Part shown: positions 1-9,327 of the stretch, in pieces
Layout: the number at the start of each line of letters is the position of its first letter
Numbering within the stretch: position 1 is the stretch's first letter
The notes under the pieces: model-generated
Database searches by the model: none
What the model saw: the letters and a program-made list of their open reading frames with translations, nothing else
Told to the model about the DNA's origin: nothing
Position numbers and translations under genes: made by a program
From: Actinomycetota bacterium
Lineage (GTDB): Bacteria > Actinomycetota > UBA4738 > HRBIN12
NCBI GenBank assembly: GCA_036505195.1
Contig: DASXTX010000052.1
Coordinates: 1,272 to 65,271 of the forward strand
Direction of reading: 5' to 3'
Length of the DNA: 64,000 nt

Positions 1-601
1 ACGCCACCGTGTCCTCGTCGATCGCGGCCTCGAGCGCGGCTGCGTCGCCGTATGGGACCACCTCGAACCCGGGCGTGAGCGGCCCGAAGTTCCGCCTGGA
101 CGCCTCGTCGGTCGAGAAGCTGATGATCGTGATCGTCCGGCCGTGGAAGTTCCCGCCGGCGACGATCACCCTCGCGCGGTCGGGAGCCACGCCCTTGACC
201 TCGTAGCCCCACTTGCGCGCCGTCTTGATCGCGGTCTCGACGGCCTCGGCGCCGGAGTTCATCAGCAGCGCCATCTCCATCCCGCAGAGCTCGGTCAGGT
301 CGCGCAGGAACGGGCCCATCTGATCGTTGTGGAACGCGCGGCTCGTGAGCGTCACCCGGTCGAGCTGCTCCTTCGCCGCGGCGATCAGCTCGGGATGACG
401 GTGCCCGAAGTTCAGCGCCGAGTACGCCGCCAGCATGTCGAGGTACCGCCTGCCCTCGACGTCGGTGACCCAGCAGCCCTCCGCCTCGGCCACCACGACG
501 GGGAGCGGGTGGTAGTTGTGCGCGGTCGTCCGCTCGACGAGCTCGATGTGCTCCTGCGAGGTTCTCGGTTGAGCCGTGCCGACATGTTCCTGCGTGGTCA
601 C
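1..601 (-). CDS. rocD: ornithine--oxo-acid aminotransferase, N-terminal part (gene runs off the window start)
   Basis: My minus-strand translation from GTG at 601 reads VTTQEH..HNYHPLPVVVAEAEGCWVTDVEGRRYLDMLAAYSALNFGHRHP..LTSRAFHNDQMGPF..NSGAEAVETAIKTARKWGYEVKG..GNFHGRT. This is collinear with RocD/OAT-type class-III aminotransferases. It is absent from the ORF track because it is truncated by the window edge. Confidence 0.8.
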   Translation of the reverse strand, partial: MTTQEHVGTAQPRTSQEHIELVERTTAHNYHPLPVVVAEAEGCWVTDVEGRRYLDMLAAYSALNFGHRHPELIAAAKEQLDRVTLTSRAFHNDQMGPFLRDLTELCGMEMALLMNSGAEAVETAIKTARKWGYEVKGVAPDRARVIVAGGNFHGRTITIISFSTDEASRRNFGPLTPGFEVVPYGDAAALEAAIDEDTVA

Positions 602-632
602 CCTGGCGCCTCCTCGGTCTCCGCGCGTCAGT

Positions 633-1526
633 TTACGGACCCGTTGACGCGGCGGCCTCGAGGAGGTCGTCGAGGATCGCGCCCATCGAACCCACCGCGA
701 GCGAGAGGTGTCCGTGTTCCGGGCGGAGACGGGATCGAGCCGTCGGGATGTGCTCGACCAGCCACTCCCCGTGCGCGAACGGCACCATCAGGTCCTGCTC
801 TCCCTGCCATACCGAGACCGGGACGCCGATCGTCGCGAGCTCGAACCCCCAAGGGCACACGAACGCGAGATCGTCGTCGAACCACCCCCACGGCCCCGCG
901 CGGAACGCTCGATGGAACGACGCTGCCAGGAGCTCGCCGAGCGGGCCGGTCAGCTGCGCCTCGTCCACCTCCGAGATGACGCTTCGGAGCTCGGACACGA
1001 TCTCGTTCGGTTCCACGGCGCCGAGAGCCTCCACCTGCGGCCGCATCCAGCGCAGCAGCTCGTCCGGGTCGCGCGCCGCGAGCGGGTACTCGATCTGGTT
1101 GCTCTCCCCCATCCCCGCCGTCCAGTCCAGGCCCTGCGCGTCGTACGGCGCGACCCCGGCGATCGTCGCCGCGGCGCGGACGCGGTCGGCCAGCAGCGCC
1201 GCGCACGCGAGCGCATGGGGGCCGCCTCCGGACCAGCCCATCGTCAGGAACCGTTCGACCCCCACGTGATCGGCCAGCGCCGCGGCGTCGGTCGCGGCGC
1301 TCGCCACGCTGCGACCCTCGTTCCGGCTCGAGTTCCCGAACCCCGCCCGCGTGTACGTCACCAGCCGGATCCCGCGCTCGGCGGCGGCCCGGTCGAACGG
1401 CTCGAACGGCACCGCCGCGCCGGGGCTGCCGTGATGGAAGACGACCAGCGTCCCGTCCGGATCGCCCTCGTCGACAGCCTCGAGGGCGCGCCCGTCAGGC
1501 AACGCGATCGTGAGCGCGCGGCTCAC
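633..1526 (-). CDS. alpha/beta-fold hydrolase
   Basis: 297-aa ORF with HHGSPG near the N-terminus and a GWSGGG nucleophile elbow (G-x-S-x-G). It overlaps the upstream aminotransferase stop by 4 nt (1523-1526). Confidence 0.75.
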   Translation of the reverse strand: MSRALTIALPDGRALEAVDEGDPDGTLVVFHHGSPGAAVPFEPFDRAAAERGIRLVTYTRAGFGNSSRNEGRSVASAATDAAALADHVGVERFLTMGWSGGGPHALACAALLADRVRAAATIAGVAPYDAQGLDWTAGMGESNQIEYPLAARDPDELLRWMRPQVEALGAVEPNEIVSELRSVISEVDEAQLTGPLGELLAASFHRAFRAGPWGWFDDDLAFVCPWGFELATIGVPVSVWQGEQDLMVPFAHGEWLVEHIPTARSRLRPEHGHLSLAVGSMGAILDDLLEAAASTGP

Positions 1527-2851
1527 CCGGTGACGGCGGTCGCGAACGCGTCGAAAGCCTCGACCGAGCGCGCCAGGTCGTTCTCGGTGTGCGCGATCGA
1601 GATCGTCCAGGGATCACCGGACGGCATGAAGACGCCGGCGTTGAGCTGGAACAGCCACGCGAGGCTCGCGAGCTTCTCGTCGGCGTCGACGGCCTCGCGG
1701 AAGTCCCTCGGGGCCGCCGATCGTTGATGCACGGACCCGCGGCAGCCGACGGCCGAGACCGTCGCCGGCACGCCGTGGCGATCGACGACGTCACGGAGCG
1801 CGGCCGCGTACCCGCGACCCAGGTCCTCGAGCCGGGCGTAGGCGTCCGGTGTCAAGATCTCGGACAGGACGGCGCGCGCCGCCGCCATCGAGAGGGGGTT
1901 GCCGTTGAAGGTCCCCTCCCCCTCCATCGTGCCGTCGGCGAGGACGCGCATCGCCTCTTCGGACCCGCCGACGGCGCCGATCGGCAGGCCGCCGCCGATG
2001 GCCTTCGCGAGCGCGACCACGTCCGGGGTGACACCGAAGCGTTCGGTCGCTCCGCCCGGTGCGATCACGGCCCCGGTCTTCACCTCGTCGAACGCGAGCA
2101 GCGCGCCGTGGCGGTGCAGGAGGTCGGCGAGGCCGGCGAGGTAGCCGGGGTCGGGCTCGATCACGCCCACGTTCATCATCACGGGCTCGAGGATCATGCC
2201 GGCCACCCGGCCGCCCTCCTCGGCCAGCACGCGCTCGACCGCCGCGAGATCGTTGAACGGCACCACGCGGAGCGCCCGTCCGAACACCTCCGCCACGCCC
2301 GCCGTGTTGGGGACGGCGAGCGGACGGTCACGCGGACCCGCGTCGTCGACGTCGATCCAGTACGAGAAGGCGAGCCCGTCCGAGCTCCCGTGGTAGCACC
2401 CTTCGACCTTGATCACGAGGTCGCGGCCGGTCGACGCGCGCATGATCCGGCAGGCGTCCATCGTCGCCTCCGAACCCGAGTTCTTGAACCGCCACAGCGG
2501 CAGACCGAACCGCTCGGCGAGCAGCTCGGCGGCCACGACGGTGTCCTCGACCGGCATCGCGAAGTGCGTCCCGAACGCGACGCGCGCCCGTACCGCCTCG
2601 ACGACCTTGGGGTGCGCGTGCCCCACCACCATGACGCCGTAGCCGTTGTGCAGGTCGACGTACCCGTTGCCGTCGAGGTCCCACAGCCGGGAGCCTTCGC
2701 CGCGATCGCCGTAGATCGTGTACGGGTCCAACGCGTGCCACGAGCACGCCACGCCGCCCGCCAGGCTCTGGCTCGCCCGCTTGGCGAACGCGATCGAGCG
2801 CGGGAGCCGTTCGGACAGGCGTGCCCGTTCGCGTTCGGTGAGGTCGGCCAC
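1523..2851 (-). CDS. class-III (PLP-dependent) aminotransferase, glutamate-1-semialdehyde aminomutase-like paralog
   Basis: 442-aa ORF with DLDGNGYVDLHNGYGVMVVGHAHP, NSGSEATMDACRIMRASTGR, IKVEGCYHG and FDEVKTG motifs. Confidence 0.8.
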   Translation of the reverse strand: MADLTERERARLSERLPRSIAFAKRASQSLAGGVACSWHALDPYTIYGDRGEGSRLWDLDGNGYVDLHNGYGVMVVGHAHPKVVEAVRARVAFGTHFAMPVEDTVVAAELLAERFGLPLWRFKNSGSEATMDACRIMRASTGRDLVIKVEGCYHGSSDGLAFSYWIDVDDAGPRDRPLAVPNTAGVAEVFGRALRVVPFNDLAAVERVLAEEGGRVAGMILEPVMMNVGVIEPDPGYLAGLADLLHRHGALLAFDEVKTGAVIAPGGATERFGVTPDVVALAKAIGGGLPIGAVGGSEEAMRVLADGTMEGEGTFNGNPLSMAAARAVLSEILTPDAYARLEDLGRGYAAALRDVVDRHGVPATVSAVGCRGSVHQRSAAPRDFREAVDADEKLASLAWLFQLNAGVFMPSGDPWTISIAHTENDLARSVEAFDAFATAVTG

Positions 2852-2927
2852 GCGCGCCGGGTCGATCGGGGTCAGCGGGACCTCCTGGTTCGGGAACCGG
2901 AGGATAGGCGGTTTCAGCGAGCGAGGT

Positions 2928-4304
2928 TTACGAGGTGACGGCCCGGGCGAAGGCCTCGAGGTTGTCGACGTACCGCTGCGCGTCCTCGTCGGTGTGGCGA
3001 ACCGAGAGCGTCCAGGTCTCTTGCTTGGACCACGGGGATTTGAACACGCCCCCGTTCTGCTGGAACAGCCACGCGAGGTACGTGATCCGCTCGTCGATGC
3101 CGAGCGAGTCGCGGTACTCCCGGACCGGCGTGGTCGAGTAGATGACCGATCCCTTGGCCCCGATGCCCGTGACGTACGCCGGCAACCGGTATCGCTCGAT
3201 CACCGCGAACAGACGCTCCTTCAGGTAGCCGTCGACGTGGTTCAGCGTCCCGTAGGCGTCTCTCGTGAGGACCTCCGTGAGCGTCGCCCGCATGGCGGCC
3301 ATGGTGAGCGGGTTGCCGTTGAAGGTCCCCGCCATGTCGTACTCGCCGTCGACGACGAGCCGGAACAGCTCCTCGGTCGCGCCGATCGCGCCGCACGGCG
3401 TGCCGCCGCCGATCGCCTTGGCCAGGCACACGATGTCGGGTACGACCCCGAACGCCTCGACCGCGCCGCCGGAGGCGAGGGCCACGCCCGTCTTCACCTC
3501 GTCGAAGGCAAGGTAGGCGCCGAACTCGTGGCACAGATCGGCGAGCCCCTGCAGGTACCCGGGCTCGGGCAGGATGACGCCACAGTTCATCATCGCCGGC
3601 TCGACGATCATGCCTGCCACCTGGCCGGGGTGCTCCTCGAACGCCTGGCGGGCTGCCGCCAGGTCGTTGAACGGCACCACGACCACCAGGTCGGCGAATG
3701 CCTGCGGGATCCCCGGCGCCTGCGGCACCGTGACGGGGTGGTCTCGCGGGCCCATGAGCTCGGGGTCGGGGATCACGCTGAACATCAGCGAGTCGTGGTG
3801 GCCGTGATAGGTGCCCTCGATCTTGATCAGGAGGTCACGACCGGTCTTGGCGCGCATGAGTCGAGCGGCCTCCAGCGTCGCCTCGGTGCCCGAGTTGCAG
3901 AACCGCCACAGCGGGAGCGAGAAGCGCTCGGCGAGGTTCTCCCCGATCACGTCCAGGTGCTTGGTCGGCTGGGCGAAGTGCGTGCCGTTCCGCGCCTGAC
4001 GTTCGATCGCCTCCACGATCGCGGGATGGGCGTGACCGACGACCATCGCGCCGTACCCGAGGTGGTAGTCGACGTACTCGTTGTCGTCGATGTCCCAGAT
4101 ACGGCTCCCGTCGCCGCGCTCGATGAAGATCGGGTGCGGCGGGGCGGCCTGCCACGAGGAGGCGACGCCACCCGCCACGTGGCGCTTGGCCACCTCGCGG
4201 TACGCGATCGAGGCGCGGTGCTTAGGCTCGAGCTCGGCCTCTTGGTCCTCGATCAGGCGGTCCACCCTGCCCATGTCGATCTCGACCGACTCCCGAACCG
4301 CCAT
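2928..4304 (-). CDS. class-III (PLP-dependent) aminotransferase, second GSA-aminomutase-like paralog
   Basis: 458-aa ORF collinear with the 1523-2851 product (DIDDNEYVDYHLGYGAMVVGHAHP, NSGTEATLEAARLMRAKTGR, IKIEGTYHGHHD, FDEVKTG). Confidence 0.8.
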   Translation of the reverse strand: MAVRESVEIDMGRVDRLIEDQEAELEPKHRASIAYREVAKRHVAGGVASSWQAAPPHPIFIERGDGSRIWDIDDNEYVDYHLGYGAMVVGHAHPAIVEAIERQARNGTHFAQPTKHLDVIGENLAERFSLPLWRFCNSGTEATLEAARLMRAKTGRDLLIKIEGTYHGHHDSLMFSVIPDPELMGPRDHPVTVPQAPGIPQAFADLVVVVPFNDLAAARQAFEEHPGQVAGMIVEPAMMNCGVILPEPGYLQGLADLCHEFGAYLAFDEVKTGVALASGGAVEAFGVVPDIVCLAKAIGGGTPCGAIGATEELFRLVVDGEYDMAGTFNGNPLTMAAMRATLTEVLTRDAYGTLNHVDGYLKERLFAVIERYRLPAYVTGIGAKGSVIYSTTPVREYRDSLGIDERITYLAWLFQQNGGVFKSPWSKQETWTLSVRHTDEDAQRYVDNLEAFARAVTS

Positions 4305-4415
4305 GTCCTCGTTCCTCCTGCGCTACGGCTGTTTGAACGGCCATTCAATCATGGCAGAGCGCCGCTGCCTCGACAAGGGCCCGACGAGGCCCCGGGTACA
4401 ATCGCCCTCGAACGC

Positions 4416-4490
4416 GGTGGCCGTAGCTCAAGTGGTCAGAGCACCAGGTTGTGGTCCTGGGGGTTGGGGGTTCGAGTCCCCTCGGTCACC
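4416..4490 (+). tRNA. tRNA-His (anticodon GTG)
   Basis: Hand-folded cloverleaf. Acceptor GTGGCCG/CGGTCAC with an extra G-1 opposite C73, which is the His hallmark. Anticodon arm CCAGG-TTGTGGT-CCTGG. T arm with GGTTCGAGTCC. Confidence 0.85.
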
Positions 4491-4522
4491 CGAAGCCCGA
4501 GGGTCGGTTGCTAAACTGCGCC

Positions 4523-4599
4523 GGGCCTCTAGCTCAATCTGGCAGAGCAACGGACTCTTAATCCGCAGGTTCGGGGTTCGAATCCCCGGGGGCCCACCA
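4523..4599 (+). tRNA. tRNA-Lys (anticodon CTT), CCA encoded
   Basis: Acceptor GGGCCTC/GGGGCCC, D arm TAGCTCAATCTGGCAGAGCA, anticodon loop CTCTTAA, T arm CGGGG-TTCGAAT-CCCCG, then ACCA. Confidence 0.85.
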
Positions 4600-4700
4600 C
4601 AGAGGTGTTCGGTTCCGCCTGACGCGTGACACATCGGCTCCGGCTGAAGGCTTACACGGTTCCGGCTGAGGGGTGACACACCGGCTACTCACGGGATTGG

Positions 4701-5060
4701 TCAGAGCGCTGCACCCAGGTAGACGAGGTGGCCGCCAGGGTCCCGGATCCGAGCGACTCGCTCCCCCCACGGTTGGTCTTCAGGCTCGGCTACCACCGGG
4801 GCACCGGAGGTGCGGAGTCGCTCCAATGTGGAATCCACGTCATCTACGTAGATCCAGAAGCCGAACCGATCCTGCTCGGTTGCGCGGATAGCGCTGATGC
4901 CGATGCTCGAGCTCCCTCGTTCCATCGTCAGATACTCGGGTTCGCCGTCGGGCGGGAATTGGTAGATCGGGGCGAACCCGAGCGTCTCGTAGAAGGCCCG
5001 TACGGCTGGAACGTTCTCGACACCGATGATGGGGAATGCTCGTTCGCTCATGATGGACAT
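4701..5060 (-). CDS. glyoxalase/bleomycin-resistance (VOC) family protein
   Basis: 119-aa ORF with typical VOC layout (..IIGVENVPAVRAFYETLGF.., ..WGERVARIRDPGGHLVYL). Confidence 0.7.
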   Translation of the reverse strand: MSIMSERAFPIIGVENVPAVRAFYETLGFAPIYQFPPDGEPEYLTMERGSSSIGISAIRATEQDRFGFWIYVDDVDSTLERLRTSGAPVVAEPEDQPWGERVARIRDPGGHLVYLGAAL

Positions 5061-5432
5061 ACCCCCCTCCGTTCCCCTCGATGAATGTGCTCTCCGTTGG
5101 ATGGATCACGCGCTCGACGCCCGTCATAAACATGAACCGGGCGCGTCGGCATGACGCCAGCGGCACTCAGGAGCTCGTTCAAGACCTTTGCCGCATCCCC
5201 CCTTCCGATCGGTCTTGCGATCGTGCAGACGGACCGGCATCCCACAACTCATCGGTGGATCCGATTGCCCGCTCGTCTGGCGGCGAGAGCAGGCGAAATG
5301 ACAACGCGGACGGGCCGGCATCCCCGTCTCATCCCCGTGAACGAACGGGAAAGGATGGGGAACGATGGGTACCACTGAGACGCAAGCGGGCACGTCAAAA
5401 GGCGTGCGATGCTGTGACCTGCAGCTTCGCAC

Positions 5433-5480
5433 CAGACTCTTGATCCGCAGTTCGGGGTTTGAATCCCAGGGGGCCCACCA
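5433..5480 (+). pseudogene. degenerate copy of the 3' half of tRNA-Lys (anticodon loop to CCA); att-like remnant
   Basis: cagactcttgatccgcag-ttcggggtttgaatcccagggggcccacca aligns with 4552-4599 of the intact tRNA-Lys with a handful of mismatches and one gap. No acceptor 5' strand or D arm lies upstream, and the T stem is broken. Confidence 0.7.
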
Positions 5481-5545
5481 GCCGATAGCATCCGCCATCA
5501 GGCATTCGCCGCGAGGATGGAACCCCTCAGCGCGGGAGGCGCACG

Positions 5546-7186
5546 ATGGTGGCGGAACCCTCGAACATCGTGATCCGTGGCGGCAGGATCTACACGGTCG
5601 ACGACGCCCAGCCGTGGGCGGAGGCCGTTGCGATCCGAGGTGATCGGATCTCGTGGGTCGGCGACGAAGCGGACGCCGCCGAGCACATCGGGCCGGATAC
5701 CGAGATCATCGAAGGGGACGGCGGCTTGGTCCTGCCGGGGATCATCGACAGCCACAACCACGTGCGGGTCGGCGGCTGGGGCGATAGCTCGCTCGACCTG
5801 CATGGTGCCGCGACCCTCGCGGAGGTCCACGAGCGGTTTGCAGCGTGGCTCCGGGAGCATCCCGACGCCACCTGGATCGAGGCCAACGGTTTGTCGTATG
5901 AAGCGATCCCAGGGGGCGGGATGCCCGCGTCGGAGCATTTCGACGAGCAGGTCACGGATGGTCTCCCGGCGATCGTGCTCACCTATGACGCGCACAACGC
6001 GGTGCTGAACCGCAGCGGCTTGGCGAGGTTCGGGATCACGCGCGACACGGCGCAGACCCCCTTCGGGATCGTCGAGAAGGACCCAACGACCGGAGAGCCG
6101 ACGGGGCTGATCGGCGGCTTCGCGGTGATGGGCATCGAGCGTGCCGGGCACGCGGCGCTCGCCGCGGTCCTGCCCGGCTACTCCCCGGAGAGCCAGTACC
6201 AGGCGCTGATCCGCAACCTCGATCTGGCGATCAGCCTGGGGATCACCACCATCGTCGAACCGCAGAACTCGCTCGACGATCTTCCGCTCTTCGCTCGGGC
6301 GGGAGACGAACGTCTGCGCCCGAGAATCGTGGCGGCGTTGTTCCATCCGCCGTCGACCAGGGACGAGGATCTCGACGCCTTCGCCGCCGCGGCGCGAACG
6401 TACGTCGACGATCGGTTCCGGGTAGGACCTCTCAAGCTCTACATCGACGACGTGGTCGAACCGCACACGGCGGCGTTCTCCGAGCCGTATGCGACGGACC
6501 CCAGGACGCTCGGCGAATCCTTCTACGAGGCCGCCGAGTTTCGCGATCTGATCACGAAGCTCGACGCTCGCGGGTTCCAGACGTTCACGCACGCCATGGG
6601 TGACCGAGGGATCCGGATCGTGCTCGATGCGCACGAGCAGGCGCGTGCCGTCAACGGCGTCCGGGATGCCCGGCACCAACTGGTCCACGTCGAGTGTCCG
6701 CACCCCCACGACGTAGCGCGCTTCTCTGAACTTGGGCTGGTGGCGTGCATGCAGCCCCGCCACTGGGGTCCCGACATCGCTGAGGTCTGGCGTAAGGCGG
6801 TCGGTCCCGAACGCGAGCGCTGGGCCGCGCCGTTCCGGAGCCTCGCCGAGAACGGAGTCACCATCGCCTTCTCGAGCGACTGGGATGTGGCCGAGATGGA
6901 CCCGCTCGTCGGGATCTATTCGGCCCTCACGCGCGCGGATCTCCGTGGCGAGAACGCCTGGGGTGTCGAGCAGACCGTCGACCTTCCCACGGCGATCCGC
7001 GCGTACACGATGGGTGGCGCTTTCGCGAACCATTGCGATACGAATCGCGGATCGGTCAGCCCCGGGAAGTACGCCGACCTCATCGTGCTCTCGGAGGATC
7101 TCTTCGGGCTCGAGCCGACCGCGATCCTCGAGACACGGGTCGTGACGACCATCGTGGGTGGCGAGGTTCAGTTCCGGGGTGCTTAA
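5546..7186 (+). CDS. metal-dependent amidohydrolase (amidohydrolase-3 / YtcJ-like)
   Basis: 546-aa ORF with N-terminal IRGGRIYTVDD..AVAIRGDRISWVG..LPGIIDSHNHV (HxH metal motif) and a C-terminal ..GSVSPGKYADLIVL.. motif. Confidence 0.8.
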   Translation: MVAEPSNIVIRGGRIYTVDDAQPWAEAVAIRGDRISWVGDEADAAEHIGPDTEIIEGDGGLVLPGIIDSHNHVRVGGWGDSSLDLHGAATLAEVHERFAAWLREHPDATWIEANGLSYEAIPGGGMPASEHFDEQVTDGLPAIVLTYDAHNAVLNRSGLARFGITRDTAQTPFGIVEKDPTTGEPTGLIGGFAVMGIERAGHAALAAVLPGYSPESQYQALIRNLDLAISLGITTIVEPQNSLDDLPLFARAGDERLRPRIVAALFHPPSTRDEDLDAFAAAARTYVDDRFRVGPLKLYIDDVVEPHTAAFSEPYATDPRTLGESFYEAAEFRDLITKLDARGFQTFTHAMGDRGIRIVLDAHEQARAVNGVRDARHQLVHVECPHPHDVARFSELGLVACMQPRHWGPDIAEVWRKAVGPERERWAAPFRSLAENGVTIAFSSDWDVAEMDPLVGIYSALTRADLRGENAWGVEQTVDLPTAIRAYTMGGAFANHCDTNRGSVSPGKYADLIVLSEDLFGLEPTAILETRVVTTIVGGEVQFRGA

Positions 7187-7427
7187 GCCACACCCGCCGT
7201 CCAACTAGGTGCGGCTCCTCATGGTTATGGGGGACGGTCGGGGGGCACGTCAGGTGTCGGAGGCTGAGCATCATCGGAAGCGAGCCAGGCCAAGCGGGCG
7301 AGGAACCCGATGCTCAAGAGAAGGGATGATCGTCATCGCCCACCCGCGGGATAGTCGGCGGCGGGAATCGGTGAAGGATGGGTGTCCATGACAGATCGGC
7401 CGATCCGTCTGACCGAGCGGAGGCGAG

Positions 7428-7856
7428 ATGGCAGAGACAGGAAGTTCCGGATCCCGTAGCACGTCCGTCGCTGGTGGAGGGCAAACGGCTCATCGCAACT
7501 GGCTGAATCTGCTGCCCAACCCGGCATTGGCAGAACACGCTCGGGTGCGTGCCGAGAGTGCCCAGAACCGGGTCGCGGACAGGATCACCGTGTTCGCCGG
7601 CTCGATGACCTTCGTCTACATCCACATCATCTGGTTCGGATGCTGGATAGGGTTCGGAGTCGAGGACTATCCGTACGGCCTCTTGACGATGATCGTTTCG
7701 CTCGAGGCGATCTTCCTATCGACCTTCGTGATGATCAGCCAGAACCGCGCGGACGCGAAACGACAGATCGTCGCCGATCAGCAATGGGCAACCGTGCAGG
7801 ACGAAGACAAGCAGAACAAAGAACTGCTCGACTCTCGCGACAGATCCTCGAGTTGA
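7428..7856 (+). CDS. DUF1003-family membrane protein (C-terminus apparently continues in another frame to 7930)
   Basis: ..ITVFAGSMTFVYIHIIWFGCW..LLTMIVSLEAIFLSTFVMISQNR..QQWATVQDEDKQNKELLD is typical DUF1003. The expected continuation LSRQILELTEQLH is present in the frame of ORF 7640-7930. Confidence 0.7.
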   Translation: MAETGSSGSRSTSVAGGGQTAHRNWLNLLPNPALAEHARVRAESAQNRVADRITVFAGSMTFVYIHIIWFGCWIGFGVEDYPYGLLTMIVSLEAIFLSTFVMISQNRADAKRQIVADQQWATVQDEDKQNKELLDSRDRSSS

Positions 7857-7934
7857 CGGAGCAGTTGCACGCGTTCGAAGCACGGCGGTCGGCAGGAGGG
7901 CCCCCTCAGCGTTCGGGGTCGCCGACCTAACGCA

Positions 7935-9239
7935 GTGGACGTTCCGGCGTCACCTGATCCCTTGCCGGAGTTCCGGCTGATCGGGGGTGAAGGCGCAGGT
8001 GAGGCATATCATGCGCCCACCGTGCGCGCGCGCGACCCGAGCGAGCTGGCCGAGCGGGCCGGCGTGCCCACCTCCTATGTCGACCGCCTCATCGAGCTCG
8101 GGATCGTGTCCACGGGCGAGGAGGGGATGTTCTCCGACGCCGACGTCTACCGCGTGCGGTTCGTGTGGGCGTCGGATCGAGGCGGCCTCTCGATCGAGGC
8201 GATCGCCCGCGCCATCCACGACGGCCGCTTCTCGCTTGCGTTCCTGGACGGCTCCCAGTTCCGGTGGGCCCCGCTCTCGCCCCGGACCTACGCGGAGGTC
8301 GCGGATGAGGTCGGCGTCACCCTGGAGTTCGTCCTCGCGTTCGAGGAGGCCTTGGGGAAGGTTCGTCCCGCTCCCGACGACCCGGCTCCCTCGGACCTCG
8401 GGGCGTTGCTCGAGGCCCCGCGCGTGGCGATTGAGGCCGGGGTGATCGACGATCGCACGCACCTGCGCCTCATCGGCGTCTACGCCGACGCGCTCCGCCG
8501 GATCGCCGAGACGGAGGGCGACGTGTTCCATCGGCTCATCGAGGTGCCGCGCCTTGAGGCGGGACTCAGCCACGGAGAGATGCTGGAGGTGGTGAACCGC
8601 ATCGGGGCCGAGCTCACGCCGGGCATGGAGAAGCTCGTCCTCGGGATCTACCGCCGCCAACAGGAGCGTGTGTGGACGGACGACGGCGTTCAGCACATGG
8701 AGAGCGCGATCGAAGCGATGGGGCTGTACGAACGGCCCGAACGCCCGACCGCGTTCTCGTTCCTCGACCTCACGGGCTACACGAGGCTCACCGAAGAACG
8801 CGGCGACGAGGCTGCCGCCGGGCTCGCCGCGGAGCTCACCGAGGTCGTCAAGAGGGAGGTGGGGCGTCGCGACGGGAAGGCGGTCAAGTGGCTCGGCGAC
8901 GGTGTCATGTTCTCGTTCCGCGACTCCGCCGCGGCCGTGCTCGCGACCATCGAGGTGAGCCGCCGAACGGGCGACGTCGGCCTGCCGCCGGCCCACGCCG
9001 GCATCGCGGTCGGGCCCGTGATCTTCCAGGACGGTGACTACTACGGGCGCACCGTGAACCTGGCCTCCCGCCTCGCCGGGGTCGCGGAACCCGGACAGAC
9101 CCTCGTGGACGCCGAGGTCGTCCGCTTCGCCGGCGGCCACGATGACATCGGCTTCCGAAGCCTCGGCAAGGTCTCGTTGAAGGGGATGGCGTCCCCGGTC
9201 GAGGTGTATGAGGCGCGGCCATCTACCGCACGGCGATGA
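7935..9239 (+). CDS. class-III adenylate/guanylate cyclase with N-terminal MerR-like HTH region
   Basis: The N-terminus has SELAERAGVPTSYVDRLIELGIVS (HTH-like). The C-terminus has FSFLDLTGYTRLTEERGD..VKWLGDGVMFSF..GRTVNLASRLAG cyclase-homology motifs. Confidence 0.75.
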   Translation: MDVPASPDPLPEFRLIGGEGAGEAYHAPTVRARDPSELAERAGVPTSYVDRLIELGIVSTGEEGMFSDADVYRVRFVWASDRGGLSIEAIARAIHDGRFSLAFLDGSQFRWAPLSPRTYAEVADEVGVTLEFVLAFEEALGKVRPAPDDPAPSDLGALLEAPRVAIEAGVIDDRTHLRLIGVYADALRRIAETEGDVFHRLIEVPRLEAGLSHGEMLEVVNRIGAELTPGMEKLVLGIYRRQQERVWTDDGVQHMESAIEAMGLYERPERPTAFSFLDLTGYTRLTEERGDEAAAGLAAELTEVVKREVGRRDGKAVKWLGDGVMFSFRDSAAAVLATIEVSRRTGDVGLPPAHAGIAVGPVIFQDGDYYGRTVNLASRLAGVAEPGQTLVDAEVVRFAGGHDDIGFRSLGKVSLKGMASPVEVYEARPSTARR

Positions 9240-9327
9240 GGAAGGCGACGTCGCCAGAAACCACAAGGGCTCAGGCTCTGCCTTGATAGTGGGCCGACTC
9301 CCGGTCGCAGCGGGAGTTCTCCAGACG

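Noticed and set aside
1523-4304. Naming the two GSA-aminomutase-like genes hemL
   Set aside because: They share the class-III fold motifs, but the N-terminal region differs from canonical HemL. They sit beside rocD and a hydrolase rather than haem genes. I left them as generic class-III aminotransferases.
5365-5482. A complete second tRNA-Lys
   Set aside because: Only the 3' half aligns. No 5' acceptor strand (GGGCC..) or D arm lies upstream, and the T stem has mismatches.
5498-7204. 568-aa antisense ORF opposite the amidohydrolase, with similar long shadow ORFs at 2718-4514, 7950-9266, 9041-10345, 10320-11792, 12611-13990, 13887-15128, 16843-18336, 20243-21421 and 21800-23377
   Set aside because: All have Arg/Gly/Pro-dominated, low-complexity translations with no motifs. 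Each overlaps an opposite-strand or other-frame ORF with clear family signatures. They are high-GC open-frame artefacts.
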